Positions 20,877 to 30,220 of a stretch of 42,142 nt of DNA are shown in pieces. The stretch spans positions 1-42,142 of the forward strand of contig JAQXAP010000109.1 in assembly GCA_029252865.1 (NCBI GenBank). Reading direction: 5' to 3'. Each line of letters begins with the position of its first letter. Position 1 is the first letter of the stretch. A program made the position numbers and the translations under genes. A model generated the notes under the pieces. The model ran no database searches. It was not told the origin of the DNA and saw only the letters and a list, made by a program, of their open reading frames with translations. Source of the DNA: Polaribacter sp. (GTDB lineage Bacteria > Bacteroidota > Bacteroidia > Flavobacteriales > Flavobacteriaceae).

Positions 20877-21425
20877 TTATTTCGGGTAGATTATTTCGTT
20901 TAAAGGAACATCAAACTCGTTAACATCTTCTATACAATTAACTGGTTTAAAAAAGTTTAAACCAATCGTTCTAACATCTGCTTTGCATTCTGCAAGAAAT
21001 CGATCATAGAAACCTTTTCCATAACCAACTCTGTAATTTTTTTTATCAGAAATTAATAAAGGAACAAATACTAAATCTATTTTTTTAGCATCAATTTCTA
21101 TTCCGTTTACCGGTTCGGGAATCCCGTAGGAACTAACTTTTAACTTTGTCTTTCTATCAAACAAAAAATGGGTTAATGTATTTGTAGAAAAATTACTAAC
21201 ACTAACAACAATTATCTTGTTCTTTAATAATAAAAAATCGATTATTGGATTTGTATTCACTTCTAACAATCGTTCTATTGATAGAAAGATATGAATTGTA
21301 TTTATTTTATAAAAATCGATTTTAAAAACTTGTTGGTAAATATTTTCTTGGCAACAGTCAATCTCAATAGCCGTTAACTCCTTGCGTTTCTGCTTGTATA
21401 TTTTTCGAAGTTCTTGCTTTCTCAT
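20877..21425 (-). CDS. 5-formyltetrahydrofolate cyclo-ligase
   Basis: KQELRK, YGIPEP, DLVFVP, RVGYGKGFYDRFL. Confidence 0.94.
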   Translation of the reverse strand: MRKQELRKIYKQKRKELTAIEIDCCQENIYQQVFKIDFYKINTIHIFLSIERLLEVNTNPIIDFLLLKNKIIVVSVSNFSTNTLTHFLFDRKTKLKVSSYGIPEPVNGIEIDAKKIDLVFVPLLISDKKNYRVGYGKGFYDRFLAECKADVRTIGLNFFKPVNCIEDVNEFDVPLNEIIYPK

Positions 21426-21545
21426 TTTACAAATTCACAAATTCGATTTTATGTTATCAGTGCAAACGTATTTGCGTTAATCAAAATTCTTATTTTATAT
21501 TGATTATTTTACATACAGAAATCTCGCAGCTCCTCTAAATCCATC

Positions 21546-22295
21546 CTATTTTATAATTTCATAAAGAATCGGCTTGCTCGGAGTTGCATCATTTTCGAAA
21601 GGAGCAATCATTAAATTCAATAAATACTCTCCGTCTTCAACCTCATTTGGTACGTATATAAACTCTGTTATTGTAGCATTCATTCTTACTTCTCCTGGAG
21701 TGTTCCAAAAAGCATTATGAGCTAAAAGAGCTCCACCATCTTTTTCTTTATCTACTGAAGGTAAATCTACTAACAAGTGTTTTATTCCTTTTTCTCTCAA
21801 ATAAATGGCTGCTTCTTCCAATAAGTAAGGTGGATTTGTATTCAAGTATTTCATTGACTTCTTATCCTTTAAATTTGGCAACGTTCTTATAACAATGGCA
21901 TCTCTTTTCTTATTTTTTAAAGCTGTTTTTAATTGTTTTTCTGATATAAAAAAGTCTTTACCATCACTTTCTGGAACAACCGTAACTACCTCAGCTAAAA
22001 AAATAAAATATTTTAAATTTTTATTTACAGAGTGCACTTCCTTGGTAATATGACCAACACATTCTGTGTGTGTAATATGAGAATGTGGATTAAAATGGAT
22101 ATTATTAAAATTAACCACAGCACCACTTGATACACTTATTTCATGACCATCTACTATTTCTGGAAAAATCTTTGGATCTTTAACACCCCAAGCATTAATA
22201 CTGTCTTTTTTAACATCTAAAGGAATTGAAATATCTATTGGATTAGATATGTTTACTTCTATTTTTCTAGAATTATATTCTATAACTGCTTTCAT
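21546..22295 (-). CDS. Cyclase-family metal-dependent hydrolase (kynurenine formamidase-like)
   Basis: PHSHITHTECVGH, DLPSVD, AH..., TITE and DATPS motifs. Confidence 0.82.
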   Translation of the reverse strand: MKAVIEYNSRKIEVNISNPIDISIPLDVKKDSINAWGVKDPKIFPEIVDGHEISVSSGAVVNFNNIHFNPHSHITHTECVGHITKEVHSVNKNLKYFIFLAEVVTVVPESDGKDFFISEKQLKTALKNKKRDAIVIRTLPNLKDKKSMKYLNTNPPYLLEEAAIYLREKGIKHLLVDLPSVDKEKDGGALLAHNAFWNTPGEVRMNATITEFIYVPNEVEDGEYLLNLMIAPFENDATPSKPILYEIIK

Positions 22296-22335
22296 TTATA
22301 CCGTACTTTTTTCTTTTTTAATATAGTTGAATTAC

Positions 22336-23463
22336 TTAATTTATCATAAATAAATCTGATGCTATTCCATCTGATAAAAACTTCCCTTTTTGAGTGGTTT
22401 TTAGTATTTCGTTTTCGATATACAATAATCCTTTATCAATATATTTCTGAGATTGTTTCTCTAAATATGTGATATATTTTACACCAAAATCATTTTTAAT
22501 TTTAGAAAAAGAAACACCCCAAATTGTTCTTAAACCTGTCATAATATATTCATTATAACCGTCTATTTCTGTTAAAATTTCTCTTTCTATTGGAAGCACA
22601 TTTTCTTGAATTGCTTTTATATACTTGGTGTTATTTTTCAAATTCCAACTTCTTTGTTTTCCTTTAAAAGAGTGTGCAGAAGGACCAATACCTAAATATG
22701 GTTTACCTAACCAATAAGATGAATTATTCTGACTAAAAAAACCTTCTTTACCGAAGTTAGAAAGCTCATAATGTACAAAGTTTGCCTTGGCTAATTCTTC
22801 AATTAAAATATAAAACTGTTCTTGCGCTTTTTCTTCATCAACATTTTTAATTTTCCCTTTCGCTATTAAAGTTTCTAAAGCTGTTTTTGGTTCTACAGTT
22901 AGCGCATAACTAGATATATGAGACACCCCAAAACCCAATGCTGTTTGTATATTTTCTCTCCATTCTTCATTTGTACAATCAGGAATTCCATAAATTAAAT
23001 CTACAGAAATATTATCAAAATAGTCCATAGCCACAGACAATGTGTTTTTAGCCTCGACTGAAGAGTGCGACCTGTTCATTAATTTTAAATCTTTCTCAAA
23101 AAAAGATTGAACCCCAATACTTAATCTGTTAATTGGAGATTTTGAAAGTTCTATAATTTTTTCGTTGGATAAATCATCCGGATTTGCTTCTAAGGTAATT
23201 TCTGGCGATTCGATTACATTATGGTTCTTATATACAGCATCAATTAGAGTTTGAATTTCATCAACTGATAAAATACTTGGGGTTCCTCCACCAAAGTAAA
23301 CAGTTTCTATAATTTCATTTTGCAACTCCTCTTTTCTAATTTCTATCTCTTTTACGAGAGATAAAATCATTTCATTCTTATTTTTTAAAGAGGTAGAGAA
23401 ATGAAAATCACAATAAAAACATGCTTGTTTACAAAATGGAATATGGATGTAGATACCCGCCAT
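22336..23463 (-). CDS. hemW: Radical SAM heme chaperone HemW
   Basis: YIHIPFCKQACFYCDF, YFGGGTPS, YELSNF, YLGIGPSAHS. Confidence 0.93.
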   Translation of the reverse strand: MAGIYIHIPFCKQACFYCDFHFSTSLKNKNEMILSLVKEIEIRKEELQNEIIETVYFGGGTPSILSVDEIQTLIDAVYKNHNVIESPEITLEANPDDLSNEKIIELSKSPINRLSIGVQSFFEKDLKLMNRSHSSVEAKNTLSVAMDYFDNISVDLIYGIPDCTNEEWRENIQTALGFGVSHISSYALTVEPKTALETLIAKGKIKNVDEEKAQEQFYILIEELAKANFVHYELSNFGKEGFFSQNNSSYWLGKPYLGIGPSAHSFKGKQRSWNLKNNTKYIKAIQENVLPIEREILTEIDGYNEYIMTGLRTIWGVSFSKIKNDFGVKYITYLEKQSQKYIDKGLLYIENEILKTTQKGKFLSDGIASDLFMIN

Positions 23464-24017
23464 TATTTCTTAACTCGTTTTTCATTCTGTTTTACAAAAC
23501 TCGCCCAACCTGTATAATTTTTACCTCCAACCACTTTTCCTGAATTATAAAAATGACAAACTGCAGCTGCCAAACCATCTGTTGCATCTAGGTTTTTTGG
23601 AAGTTCTTTTAAATTCAATAATGACTTTAACATTAAAGCAACTTGTTCTTTAGTTGCATTTCCATTTCCTGTTACTGCCATTTTGATTTTCTTTGGCAAA
23701 TATTCGGTAATCGGAATTTCTCTCGATAAACCAGCCGCCATTGCAACTCCTTGCGCTCTACCTAACTTTAACATCGATTGTACATTCTTGCCAAAAAACG
23801 GAGCTTCAATTGCAATTTCATCTGGATTGTAAGTGTCTATTAACTCAATTGTACGTTCAAAAATATGTTTTAATTTAAGGTAATGATCGTCATATTTCTT
23901 CAACATTAATTCATTCATTTGAATAAACTCCATCTTTTTACCAACAGCTTTTATGATTCCAAAACCCATAATTGTTGTTCCTGGATCAATTCCTAAAATA
24001 ATTTTTTCTACCGCCAA
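23463..24017 (-). CDS. ruvC: Holliday junction resolvase RuvC (TTG start)
   Basis: ILGIDPG, IAIEAPF, GNGNATKEQV, DATDGLAAAVCH. Confidence 0.97.
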   Translation of the reverse strand: MAVEKIILGIDPGTTIMGFGIIKAVGKKMEFIQMNELMLKKYDDHYLKLKHIFERTIELIDTYNPDEIAIEAPFFGKNVQSMLKLGRAQGVAMAAGLSREIPITEYLPKKIKMAVTGNGNATKEQVALMLKSLLNLKELPKNLDATDGLAAAVCHFYNSGKVVGGKNYTGWASFVKQNEKRVKK

Positions 24018-24081
24018 AATCGCAAATCGTTTTTGTATGTAAAATCAAACATACTGATGATTATTTATTACTTTGCAAACA

Positions 24082-25041
24082 ATGTATAATTCACTTTCAC
24101 ACAAAACTAAGCAATTCTTTTCTTTGATAATAAAACTATCGATTGTAATTGGTTGTGGGTATTTTATTTACCTAAAATTGGTAGAAAACGAACAATTAAA
24201 ATTTTCTGTTTTTTATGTAAATTTAAAAGAAAACAATGTTTTTACACTCAAAAACTGCTCGATTCTTATAATCTACACCACTTTTAATTGGTTTTTTGAA
24301 ATTTGTAAATGGCAATTACTAATTTCATTTATTCACAAGTATTCTTTCAAAAAAGCTTTAATTCAGAGTTTAGCCTCTTTAACCACCTCATTAATAACAC
24401 CAAACAGAATTGGAGAATATGGCGCTAAAGCAATGTTTTATGAAAAAAAACAGCGAAATCAAATTTTAGGTTTAAACTTAGTTGGTAATTTTTATCAGCT
24501 ATTAATGACGCTTGTCTTTGGAAGTATTGGTTTTAGTTATTTTATTTTTCAGCACAAAATTAGAATTGACTTCTATCAAAATTTTAAAGTTATTCTTTTA
24601 CTTTTTTTTGTACTTACTATTTTATTTTTTATTGCGAAACAGGTTAACTCCATCAATTCTTTGTACAAAAAGACAAAAGCTTTTACAAGTAAAATTTCTA
24701 TACCTTTAAATCTAAAAGTGTGTCTTTTTTCGTTTTTACGATTCGTAACTTTCTCTCATCAATTTTATTTTTTATTGTTAATTTTTAAAATTGATATTTC
24801 TTATTCTGATGCACTTTCTGCAATTACTTCTGTTTATTTAATTGCCTCAGTACTACCAATGCTAACCTTATTTGACTTGATTTTAAAAGGAACTATTGCT
24901 GTTTGGGTCTTTTCATTTTTTAATATAGAACCAGTTATTATCTTATCAATCACATCAATTATGTGGATTCTTAATTTTGTGTTACCAGCAATTATTGGAA
25001 GCTATTTTGTGTTAACTTTTAAATCTAATTTTATAAAATGA
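24082..25041 (+). CDS. Lysylphosphatidylglycerol-synthase TM domain (flippase-like) membrane protein
   Basis: About 8 hydrophobic segments; NWFFEICKW and TPNRIGEYG motifs. Confidence 0.75.
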   Translation: MYNSLSHKTKQFFSLIIKLSIVIGCGYFIYLKLVENEQLKFSVFYVNLKENNVFTLKNCSILIIYTTFNWFFEICKWQLLISFIHKYSFKKALIQSLASLTTSLITPNRIGEYGAKAMFYEKKQRNQILGLNLVGNFYQLLMTLVFGSIGFSYFIFQHKIRIDFYQNFKVILLLFFVLTILFFIAKQVNSINSLYKKTKAFTSKISIPLNLKVCLFSFLRFVTFSHQFYFLLLIFKIDISYSDALSAITSVYLIASVLPMLTLFDLILKGTIAVWVFSFFNIEPVIILSITSIMWILNFVLPAIIGSYFVLTFKSNFIK

Positions 25042-26201
25042 TTTGGCTTTTAGTTTTCACATTTACATTTTACACAATTCTAATTATTTCTTTAACAATT
25101 GGATTTAAAAAGGTTGATGAGTTTAATGAAATATCAAAAAACAATTCAACTTCTTTTTCTGTGGTGATTCCTTTTAGAAATGAAGCTGAAAACCTACCTC
25201 ATTTACTAGCGTCTATTTCTAAAATTAATTATTCTAACAAACTTGTAGAATTTGTTTTAGTTGATGATTCTTCCTCTGACAATTCTATTGAAATAATCAA
25301 CAACTTCCTATCTGCTATTCCTAACAAGGTATCAGAAAACAAAAACAAACTAAACACTCACTGCCTTGATGGAACAAACATTCGTATCATAAAAAATAAT
25401 AGAATTTCAAACTCCCCAAAAAAAGATGCGATTACAACTGCAATTTCAATTGCAAAAAACAATTGGATTTTAACTACGGATGCAGATTGTACGCTTCCTA
25501 TAAATTGGTTAAAAAGTTTAGATAATTTTATTCAATACAAAAAGCCACATATGGTTGTTGCTCCTGTTGATTATAAAGTTGAACATAATTTTTTAGAGCA
25601 GTTTCAATTACTTGATTTTATGAGTATGCAGGGATGCACAATTGGTGGTTTTGGTATTAATTTCCCTTTTTTATGCAATGGAGCAAATTTTGCATATACA
25701 AGAGAAGAATTTAAAAATCTCAATGGCTTTGAGGGAAATAATAATATTGCAAGTGGTGATGATGTTTTTCTTTTTGAAAAATTTATAAAAAAGGATAAAA
25801 AAAGTGTTCACTATTTAAAATCAAAAGAAGCAATTGTAACTACTTTACCTGTAAAAAGCTGGAGCGATTTAATAAACCAAAGAACAAGATGGGCCGCTAA
25901 AACTGGTAATTTTAGTTCTCTTAAAGTTAAGCTAATTGGCCTATTGGTTCTTAAGACAAATTTCTTGGTTATTTATTTTCTGTGTACTGAAACTATAGAA
26001 TTGTTGTGGCTTCCTTTTTCAATAAAAATGATAGTTGATTTGTTTTTATTTTCGTCAACAATCAAGTTTTTTGAGCACAAATTTTCTTTTTATAAATGGT
26101 ATATTTTAGTAAGTTTATTCTATCCTTTTTTTAACATTTTAATTATATGTAACTCACTTTTTTTTAAATATAATTGGAAAGGAAGATATTTTAAAAAATA
26201 A
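25038..26201 (+). CDS. Membrane-bound GT2 glycosyltransferase
   Basis: SVVIPFRNE, VDDSSSD, TDAD, SGDD and QRTRW motifs; N- and C-terminal TM helices; 4-bp overlap with upstream gene. Confidence 0.92.
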   Translation: MIWLLVFTFTFYTILIISLTIGFKKVDEFNEISKNNSTSFSVVIPFRNEAENLPHLLASISKINYSNKLVEFVLVDDSSSDNSIEIINNFLSAIPNKVSENKNKLNTHCLDGTNIRIIKNNRISNSPKKDAITTAISIAKNNWILTTDADCTLPINWLKSLDNFIQYKKPHMVVAPVDYKVEHNFLEQFQLLDFMSMQGCTIGGFGINFPFLCNGANFAYTREEFKNLNGFEGNNNIASGDDVFLFEKFIKKDKKSVHYLKSKEAIVTTLPVKSWSDLINQRTRWAAKTGNFSSLKVKLIGLLVLKTNFLVIYFLCTETIELLWLPFSIKMIVDLFLFSSTIKFFEHKFSFYKWYILVSLFYPFFNILIICNSLFFKYNWKGRYFKK

Positions 26202-26326
26202 CTTTTACTTTAATGAAGAGAACAAACAAATGAAGCCTTAATTAAAACAATTCTTTGGGCTCTTTTTTATTTTTAGTAAAAAGTGAGTGCGAAAAGCAGA
26301 AAATACCTTCAAAAAAAATGCATTTT

Positions 26327-26458
26327 TTAGAATAATGCATTCATTATATCTTCTATCCTAAACCAAAGAATAATGGCAATGGCTAACAATAGGATTAGAA
26401 AAATTCCTTTTGTAGGTTTTGTTTTCTTTTTTCTGCCAAATTTTCTTTTGAATTCCAT
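26327..26458 (-). CDS. 43-aa small single-pass membrane protein (below ORF-track cutoff)
   Basis: MEFKRKFGRKKKTKPTKGIFLILLLAIAIILWFRIEDIMNALF*; starts 14 nt after mnmD stop on the same strand. Confidence 0.7.
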   Translation of the reverse strand: MEFKRKFGRKKKTKPTKGIFLILLLAIAIILWFRIEDIMNALF

Positions 26459-26472
26459 ACAAATTATTTAGT

Positions 26473-27132
26473 TTAAGCTACTGGTTTTATAGCACGCAAC
26501 ATTTCTCTTTTTCCTGGAGGACCAGGCAAACGCTCTACTATAAAACCAACTTCTTGCATTGCTCTTCTAACACTTCCCTTTGCAGAATAGGTCACTAAAA
26601 TTCCGTTTTCTTTTAAAGAATCAAACATTTTACGAAAGATTTCTACAGTCCATAATTGAGGCTGAACTCGTGCACCGAATGCATCAAAATAGATTAAATT
26701 AAAAGCATTTTTATCATCGATATCTTCAAAAAATTGTTTCCTTTTTGTGAGTGAAAATTTATTGGAAATTTGATGTTTTTCTTCCCAAGGAACGTTATGA
26801 ATTTTTTCGAAAGAAGCTTTATCTTTTTCCGCATTTAACACAGAAATAAAGTTCATCTTTTCCACTTCTTCTGAGGTAACGGGATAAGCCTCAACACCAA
26901 CATAATCAATTTCTTTTTCAGCCTCTAGATATGTTATAAAACAATTTAAACCGGTTCCAAAACCAATTTCTAAGATTGAAACAACATCGGATTTAACCTG
27001 CCTTAGCCCACTATTAATAAAAACATGATATGACTCGTTAATTGAACCATTTTTTGAGTGATATTGCTCATTTAACTCTGGCAAATTGATCGTTGTAGAA
27101 CCATCTGAAGTTATTAGAATTTCTCTTTTCAT
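26473..27132 (-). CDS. mnmD: tRNA mnm5s2U34 methyltransferase MnmD (MnmC methyltransferase domain only)
   Basis: TSDGSTT, EQYHS, LEIGFGTGLN, YFDAF, PGPPGKREMLRA. Confidence 0.92.
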   Translation of the reverse strand: MKREILITSDGSTTINLPELNEQYHSKNGSINESYHVFINSGLRQVKSDVVSILEIGFGTGLNCFITYLEAEKEIDYVGVEAYPVTSEEVEKMNFISVLNAEKDKASFEKIHNVPWEEKHQISNKFSLTKRKQFFEDIDDKNAFNLIYFDAFGARVQPQLWTVEIFRKMFDSLKENGILVTYSAKGSVRRAMQEVGFIVERLPGPPGKREMLRAIKPVA

Positions 27133-27220
27133 AATTATTTAATTAAACCATTCTCTATTTTACAACAAGCGAATTTTTATACATTCCGCAAAACATTACT
27201 CAAAAACACGAGTACAAGTT

Positions 27221-27733
27221 TTACATTTTTCTCGTCATTAAAACGCCATCTGCTAAAAAAGTATATTCTATTTTAGAAGATGTAATTTTTGCTATTTCTT
27301 CTGCTGTTTTCCCTGCATCTTCAGCATAATGTTGTAGTTCTTTTACAGAGGTTTCTTTTATAAAAGCTTTGCCTTTTAAAACAATTTCTCTTCCTTTAGA
27401 GTCCAAAGGGACAAAGAATCCATAATCTTTAAAACGAACCATTGTTTCTGAATCATCAGCTAACGATAGTCTCATCCAACATCCTTTTTTAGAACATACA
27501 TCTTTAACAGTAGAAGTAAATTTCACGTTAATTGAATCACCCGCTTTCATCATTTTAAATTTTGACAATAAGGCTTCTGAAGTTATTGCGCCATCCAAAG
27601 ATACTTTAGCTCCAAAAGAATCGTAAACCACCTCTTGTTTTGTTTCTGCAACTTCGTTGTTTGTTTTCTTTACTTCTTTACAAGCGGTTAAACCAAACAA
27701 GATAAAGAAACAAAGTTGTACTAAATTTTTCAT
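27221..27733 (-). CDS. DUF4920-like lipoprotein
   Basis: Lipobox LTAC from ATG 27733; VCSKKGCWM, FKDYGFFVP, HYAEDAGK; -7 box TACTTTTG at 27760-27767 supports the shorter start. Confidence 0.82.
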   Translation of the reverse strand: MKNLVQLCFFILFGLTACKEVKKTNNEVAETKQEVVYDSFGAKVSLDGAITSEALLSKFKMMKAGDSINVKFTSTVKDVCSKKGCWMRLSLADDSETMVRFKDYGFFVPLDSKGREIVLKGKAFIKETSVKELQHYAEDAGKTAEEIAKITSSKIEYTFLADGVLMTRKM

Positions 27734-27759
27734 AATTTTTAATTTTTTTGAATAAACAA

Positions 27760-27832
27760 CAAAAGTACATATTTTAAAGAGTATAAAGCAATGATTTGGT
27801 ATTTTGTCAGATGAATAATTTATGTACATTTG
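27760..27832. promoter_or_regulatory. Divergent promoters for DUF4920 gene and ilvE
   Basis: Minus TACTTTTG (27760-27767); plus TTTG(27803)-N18-TACATTTG(27825). Confidence 0.7.
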
Positions 27833-27855
27833 CGATATAAATCAACCAAAATAGA

Positions 27856-28911
27856 ATGAAATCTAATATAGAAATTCAACATATAGAAACGTCGAAAATA
27901 AACACTGTTAATTTTGACAATTTACCTTTTGGCAGTGTATATTCTGACCATATGTTAGAATGTGATTTTGTTAATGGAGAGTGGCAAACACCTGTTATTA
28001 AGCCATATGCACCTATATCTTTAGATCCAGCTGCAAAGATTTTTCATTACGGACAATCCATTTTTGAAGGAATGAAAGCGTACAAAGATACAGAAGGAAA
28101 CACAATGTTATTTAGACCTTTAGAAAACTGGAAGCGTCTAAATAAATCTGCAGAACGTTTGGTAATTCCTCAGATTCCTGAAGACATTTTTATGAATGGT
28201 TTAAAAAAATTATTAGAAGTGGATAATAATTGGATTCCTAAAAATGAAGGTAGCTCATTGTACATAAGACCTTTTATGCTTGCCTCAGGAATAGGGTTTC
28301 ATGCTTCTCCCGCAGATACCTACAAATTTATTATTTGTACCGCGCCTTCTGGAGCTTATTTTGCAGGAAAAGTAAAGGTTTTAATTGAAGAGAACTATGC
28401 ACGTGCTGCAAATGGTGGTGTTGGTTTTGCAAAAGCTGGTGGAAATTATGCTGCTCAATTTTACCCAACACAATTAGCTATAGAAAAAGGATATAATCAA
28501 GTAATTTGGACGGATGATAATTCGCATGAATATATTGAAGAAGCCGGTGCAATGAATATATTTATCAGAATTAATGACACATTAATCACAAGTCCTACTA
28601 GCGATCGTATTTTAGACGGAATTACTCGTAAAAGTGTAATACAAATTGCTAAAGATTTAAAAATTGATGTAGAAGTTAGAAAAATTTCAGTTTCTGAGGT
28701 TATTGCTGCTGCGCAAAGTGGAAGTTTAAAAGAAATGTTTGGAGCGGGAACCGCTGCAGTGATCTCGCCAATCGCTGGTTTTGGATATCAAGGGACGGAT
28801 TATGATTTACCAAAACTAGAAACTCCTTTTGCAGAAACCCTAAAGAAAGCAATTACAGATATTCAAACAAATAAATCTAAAGATCCTTATGGATGGAGAG
28901 TGATGCTCTAA
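27856..28911 (+). CDS. ilvE: Branched-chain amino acid aminotransferase
   Basis: HYGQSIFEGMKAY, LYIRP, AKAGGNYA, ILDGITR, GAGTAAVISP. Confidence 0.96.
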   Translation: MKSNIEIQHIETSKINTVNFDNLPFGSVYSDHMLECDFVNGEWQTPVIKPYAPISLDPAAKIFHYGQSIFEGMKAYKDTEGNTMLFRPLENWKRLNKSAERLVIPQIPEDIFMNGLKKLLEVDNNWIPKNEGSSLYIRPFMLASGIGFHASPADTYKFIICTAPSGAYFAGKVKVLIEENYARAANGGVGFAKAGGNYAAQFYPTQLAIEKGYNQVIWTDDNSHEYIEEAGAMNIFIRINDTLITSPTSDRILDGITRKSVIQIAKDLKIDVEVRKISVSEVIAAAQSGSLKEMFGAGTAAVISPIAGFGYQGTDYDLPKLETPFAETLKKAITDIQTNKSKDPYGWRVML

Positions 28912-28934
28912 TTTTTTTAAATATGAAAATACTT

Positions 28935-28970
28935 AAAAACCTCAACTTTTTGTTGAGGTTTTTGTTTTTT
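28935..28970 (+). terminator. Intrinsic terminator after ilvE
   Basis: AAAAACCTCAAC-ttttt-GTTGAGGTTTTT followed by T-rich tail. Confidence 0.85.
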
Positions 28971-29145
28971 CAGCATTAACTAAAATTGTTGTTCTATGAA
29001 AAAAACATATCTATCCTCTTGGATACTTAATTTCTTATCAATCTTTAATTAGTTAAAAACAACATTATTATTTAATTGGATAATGTAAAATATTAAACGG
29101 CAAAACCCATTAATCCTTTAACAATAAAATAAATACAAAACACTA

Positions 29146-29176
29146 TTTGTCAATCAAATAAAAAGCAGTAGATTTG
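29146..29176 (+). promoter_or_regulatory. Consensus promoter of rplM operon
   Basis: TTTG-N19-TAGATTTG, an exact match to the Bacteroidota -33/-7 consensus. Confidence 0.85.
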
Positions 29177-29232
29177 CACTCCTTTTTTAAGGTAAAATTA
29201 ATTATTAATAAACAAAAACTAATAGTGTAATT

Positions 29233-29688
29233 ATGAACACATTAAGTTACAAAACAGTATCAGCAAACAAAGCTACCGTTAATAAGGAGTGGGTTTTAGT
29301 TGATGCAGACGGGCAAACGTTGGGTCGTCTAGCTTCTAAGGTAGCAAAGCTAATTAGAGGTAAATACAAACCAAACTTTACTCCTCATGTAGATTGTGGA
29401 GATAACGTGGTTATTATCAACGCAGAAAAAATTGTTTTAACTGGTAAAAAATGGACTGAGAAGTCTTATATCCGTCACACGGGTTACCCAGGAGGACAGA
29501 GATCGTTAACTGCAACAGAAATGTTTGAGAAAGATCCTACAAGATTAATCGAAAAAGCAGTAAAAGGAATGTTACCTAAAAACATTTTAGGTTCAGCTCT
29601 ATTCAGAAACTTGTATGTATATGCAGGTGCAGAGCACAAACAAGCAGGTCAAGAACCTAAAGCTATTAACCTTAACGATCTTAAATAA
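29233..29688 (+). CDS. rplM: 50S ribosomal protein L13
   Basis: LGRLAS, TPHVDCGD, GYPGG, AVKGMLPK. Confidence 0.99.
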   Translation: MNTLSYKTVSANKATVNKEWVLVDADGQTLGRLASKVAKLIRGKYKPNFTPHVDCGDNVVIINAEKIVLTGKKWTEKSYIRHTGYPGGQRSLTATEMFEKDPTRLIEKAVKGMLPKNILGSALFRNLYVYAGAEHKQAGQEPKAINLNDLK

Positions 29689-30074
29689 TGGATATAGTAC
29701 ATAAAATCGGTAGAAGAAAAACAGCTGTTGCTCGTATTTATCTTTCAGAAGGAAAAGGTAACATAACAGTAAACAAGAAAGACTATAAGGACTACTTTAC
29801 GACTGGTACTTTACAGTACAAAGTACAACAACCTTTAATGTTAACAGAAAACTTAGAATCTTATGATATCAAAGTAAATGTTTACGGAGGTGGTGTAACT
29901 GGTCAGGCAGAAGCAATTCGTTTGGCAATCACAAGAGCTTTAGTTTCAATTAATGAAGAACACAGATTAGTATTGAAACCAGAAGGTCTATTAACTCGTG
30001 ACCCAAGAATGGTTGAACGTAAGAAATTCGGTCAGAAAAAAGCACGTAAAAAATTCCAATTCTCGAAACGTTAA
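29688..30074 (+). CDS. rpsI: 30S ribosomal protein S9
   Basis: GRRKTAVAR, GGGVTGQAEA, C-terminal QFSKR. Confidence 0.99.
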   Translation: MDIVHKIGRRKTAVARIYLSEGKGNITVNKKDYKDYFTTGTLQYKVQQPLMLTENLESYDIKVNVYGGGVTGQAEAIRLAITRALVSINEEHRLVLKPEGLLTRDPRMVERKKFGQKKARKKFQFSKR

Positions 30075-30112
30075 TAGTATTCAGAATTTATTCTGTATTA
30101 CATTATATCGAG

Positions 30113-30208
30113 AACTGTTATTATATTTTAATATTAAACAGTTTAGCATCTAAATAGATAGGACTCAAAAGACTACCTAACTATTGATTTCAAAAACAGA
30201 AAGTAAAC
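30113..30208 (+). promoter_or_regulatory. Candidate structured leader RNA upstream of rpsB
   Basis: Nested pairings GTTTA/TAAAC, ATC/GAT, AATAG/CTATT, TAGG/CCTA; competing AACTGTT/AACAGTT helix. Confidence 0.45.
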
Positions 30209-30220
30209 ACATTTAGAAAA

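Noticed and set aside
11095-24709. Short ORFs at 11095, 14945, 16377, 18974, 20413 and 24512
   Set aside because: All overlap well-supported genes on the other strand or frame.
27734-27829. Extended N-termini in the ORF track (DUF4920 gene, also susD, HTCS, M1 peptidase, MMPL, asnS)
   Set aside because: The extensions run through promoters or terminators or precede clear signal peptides; downstream ATGs were used.
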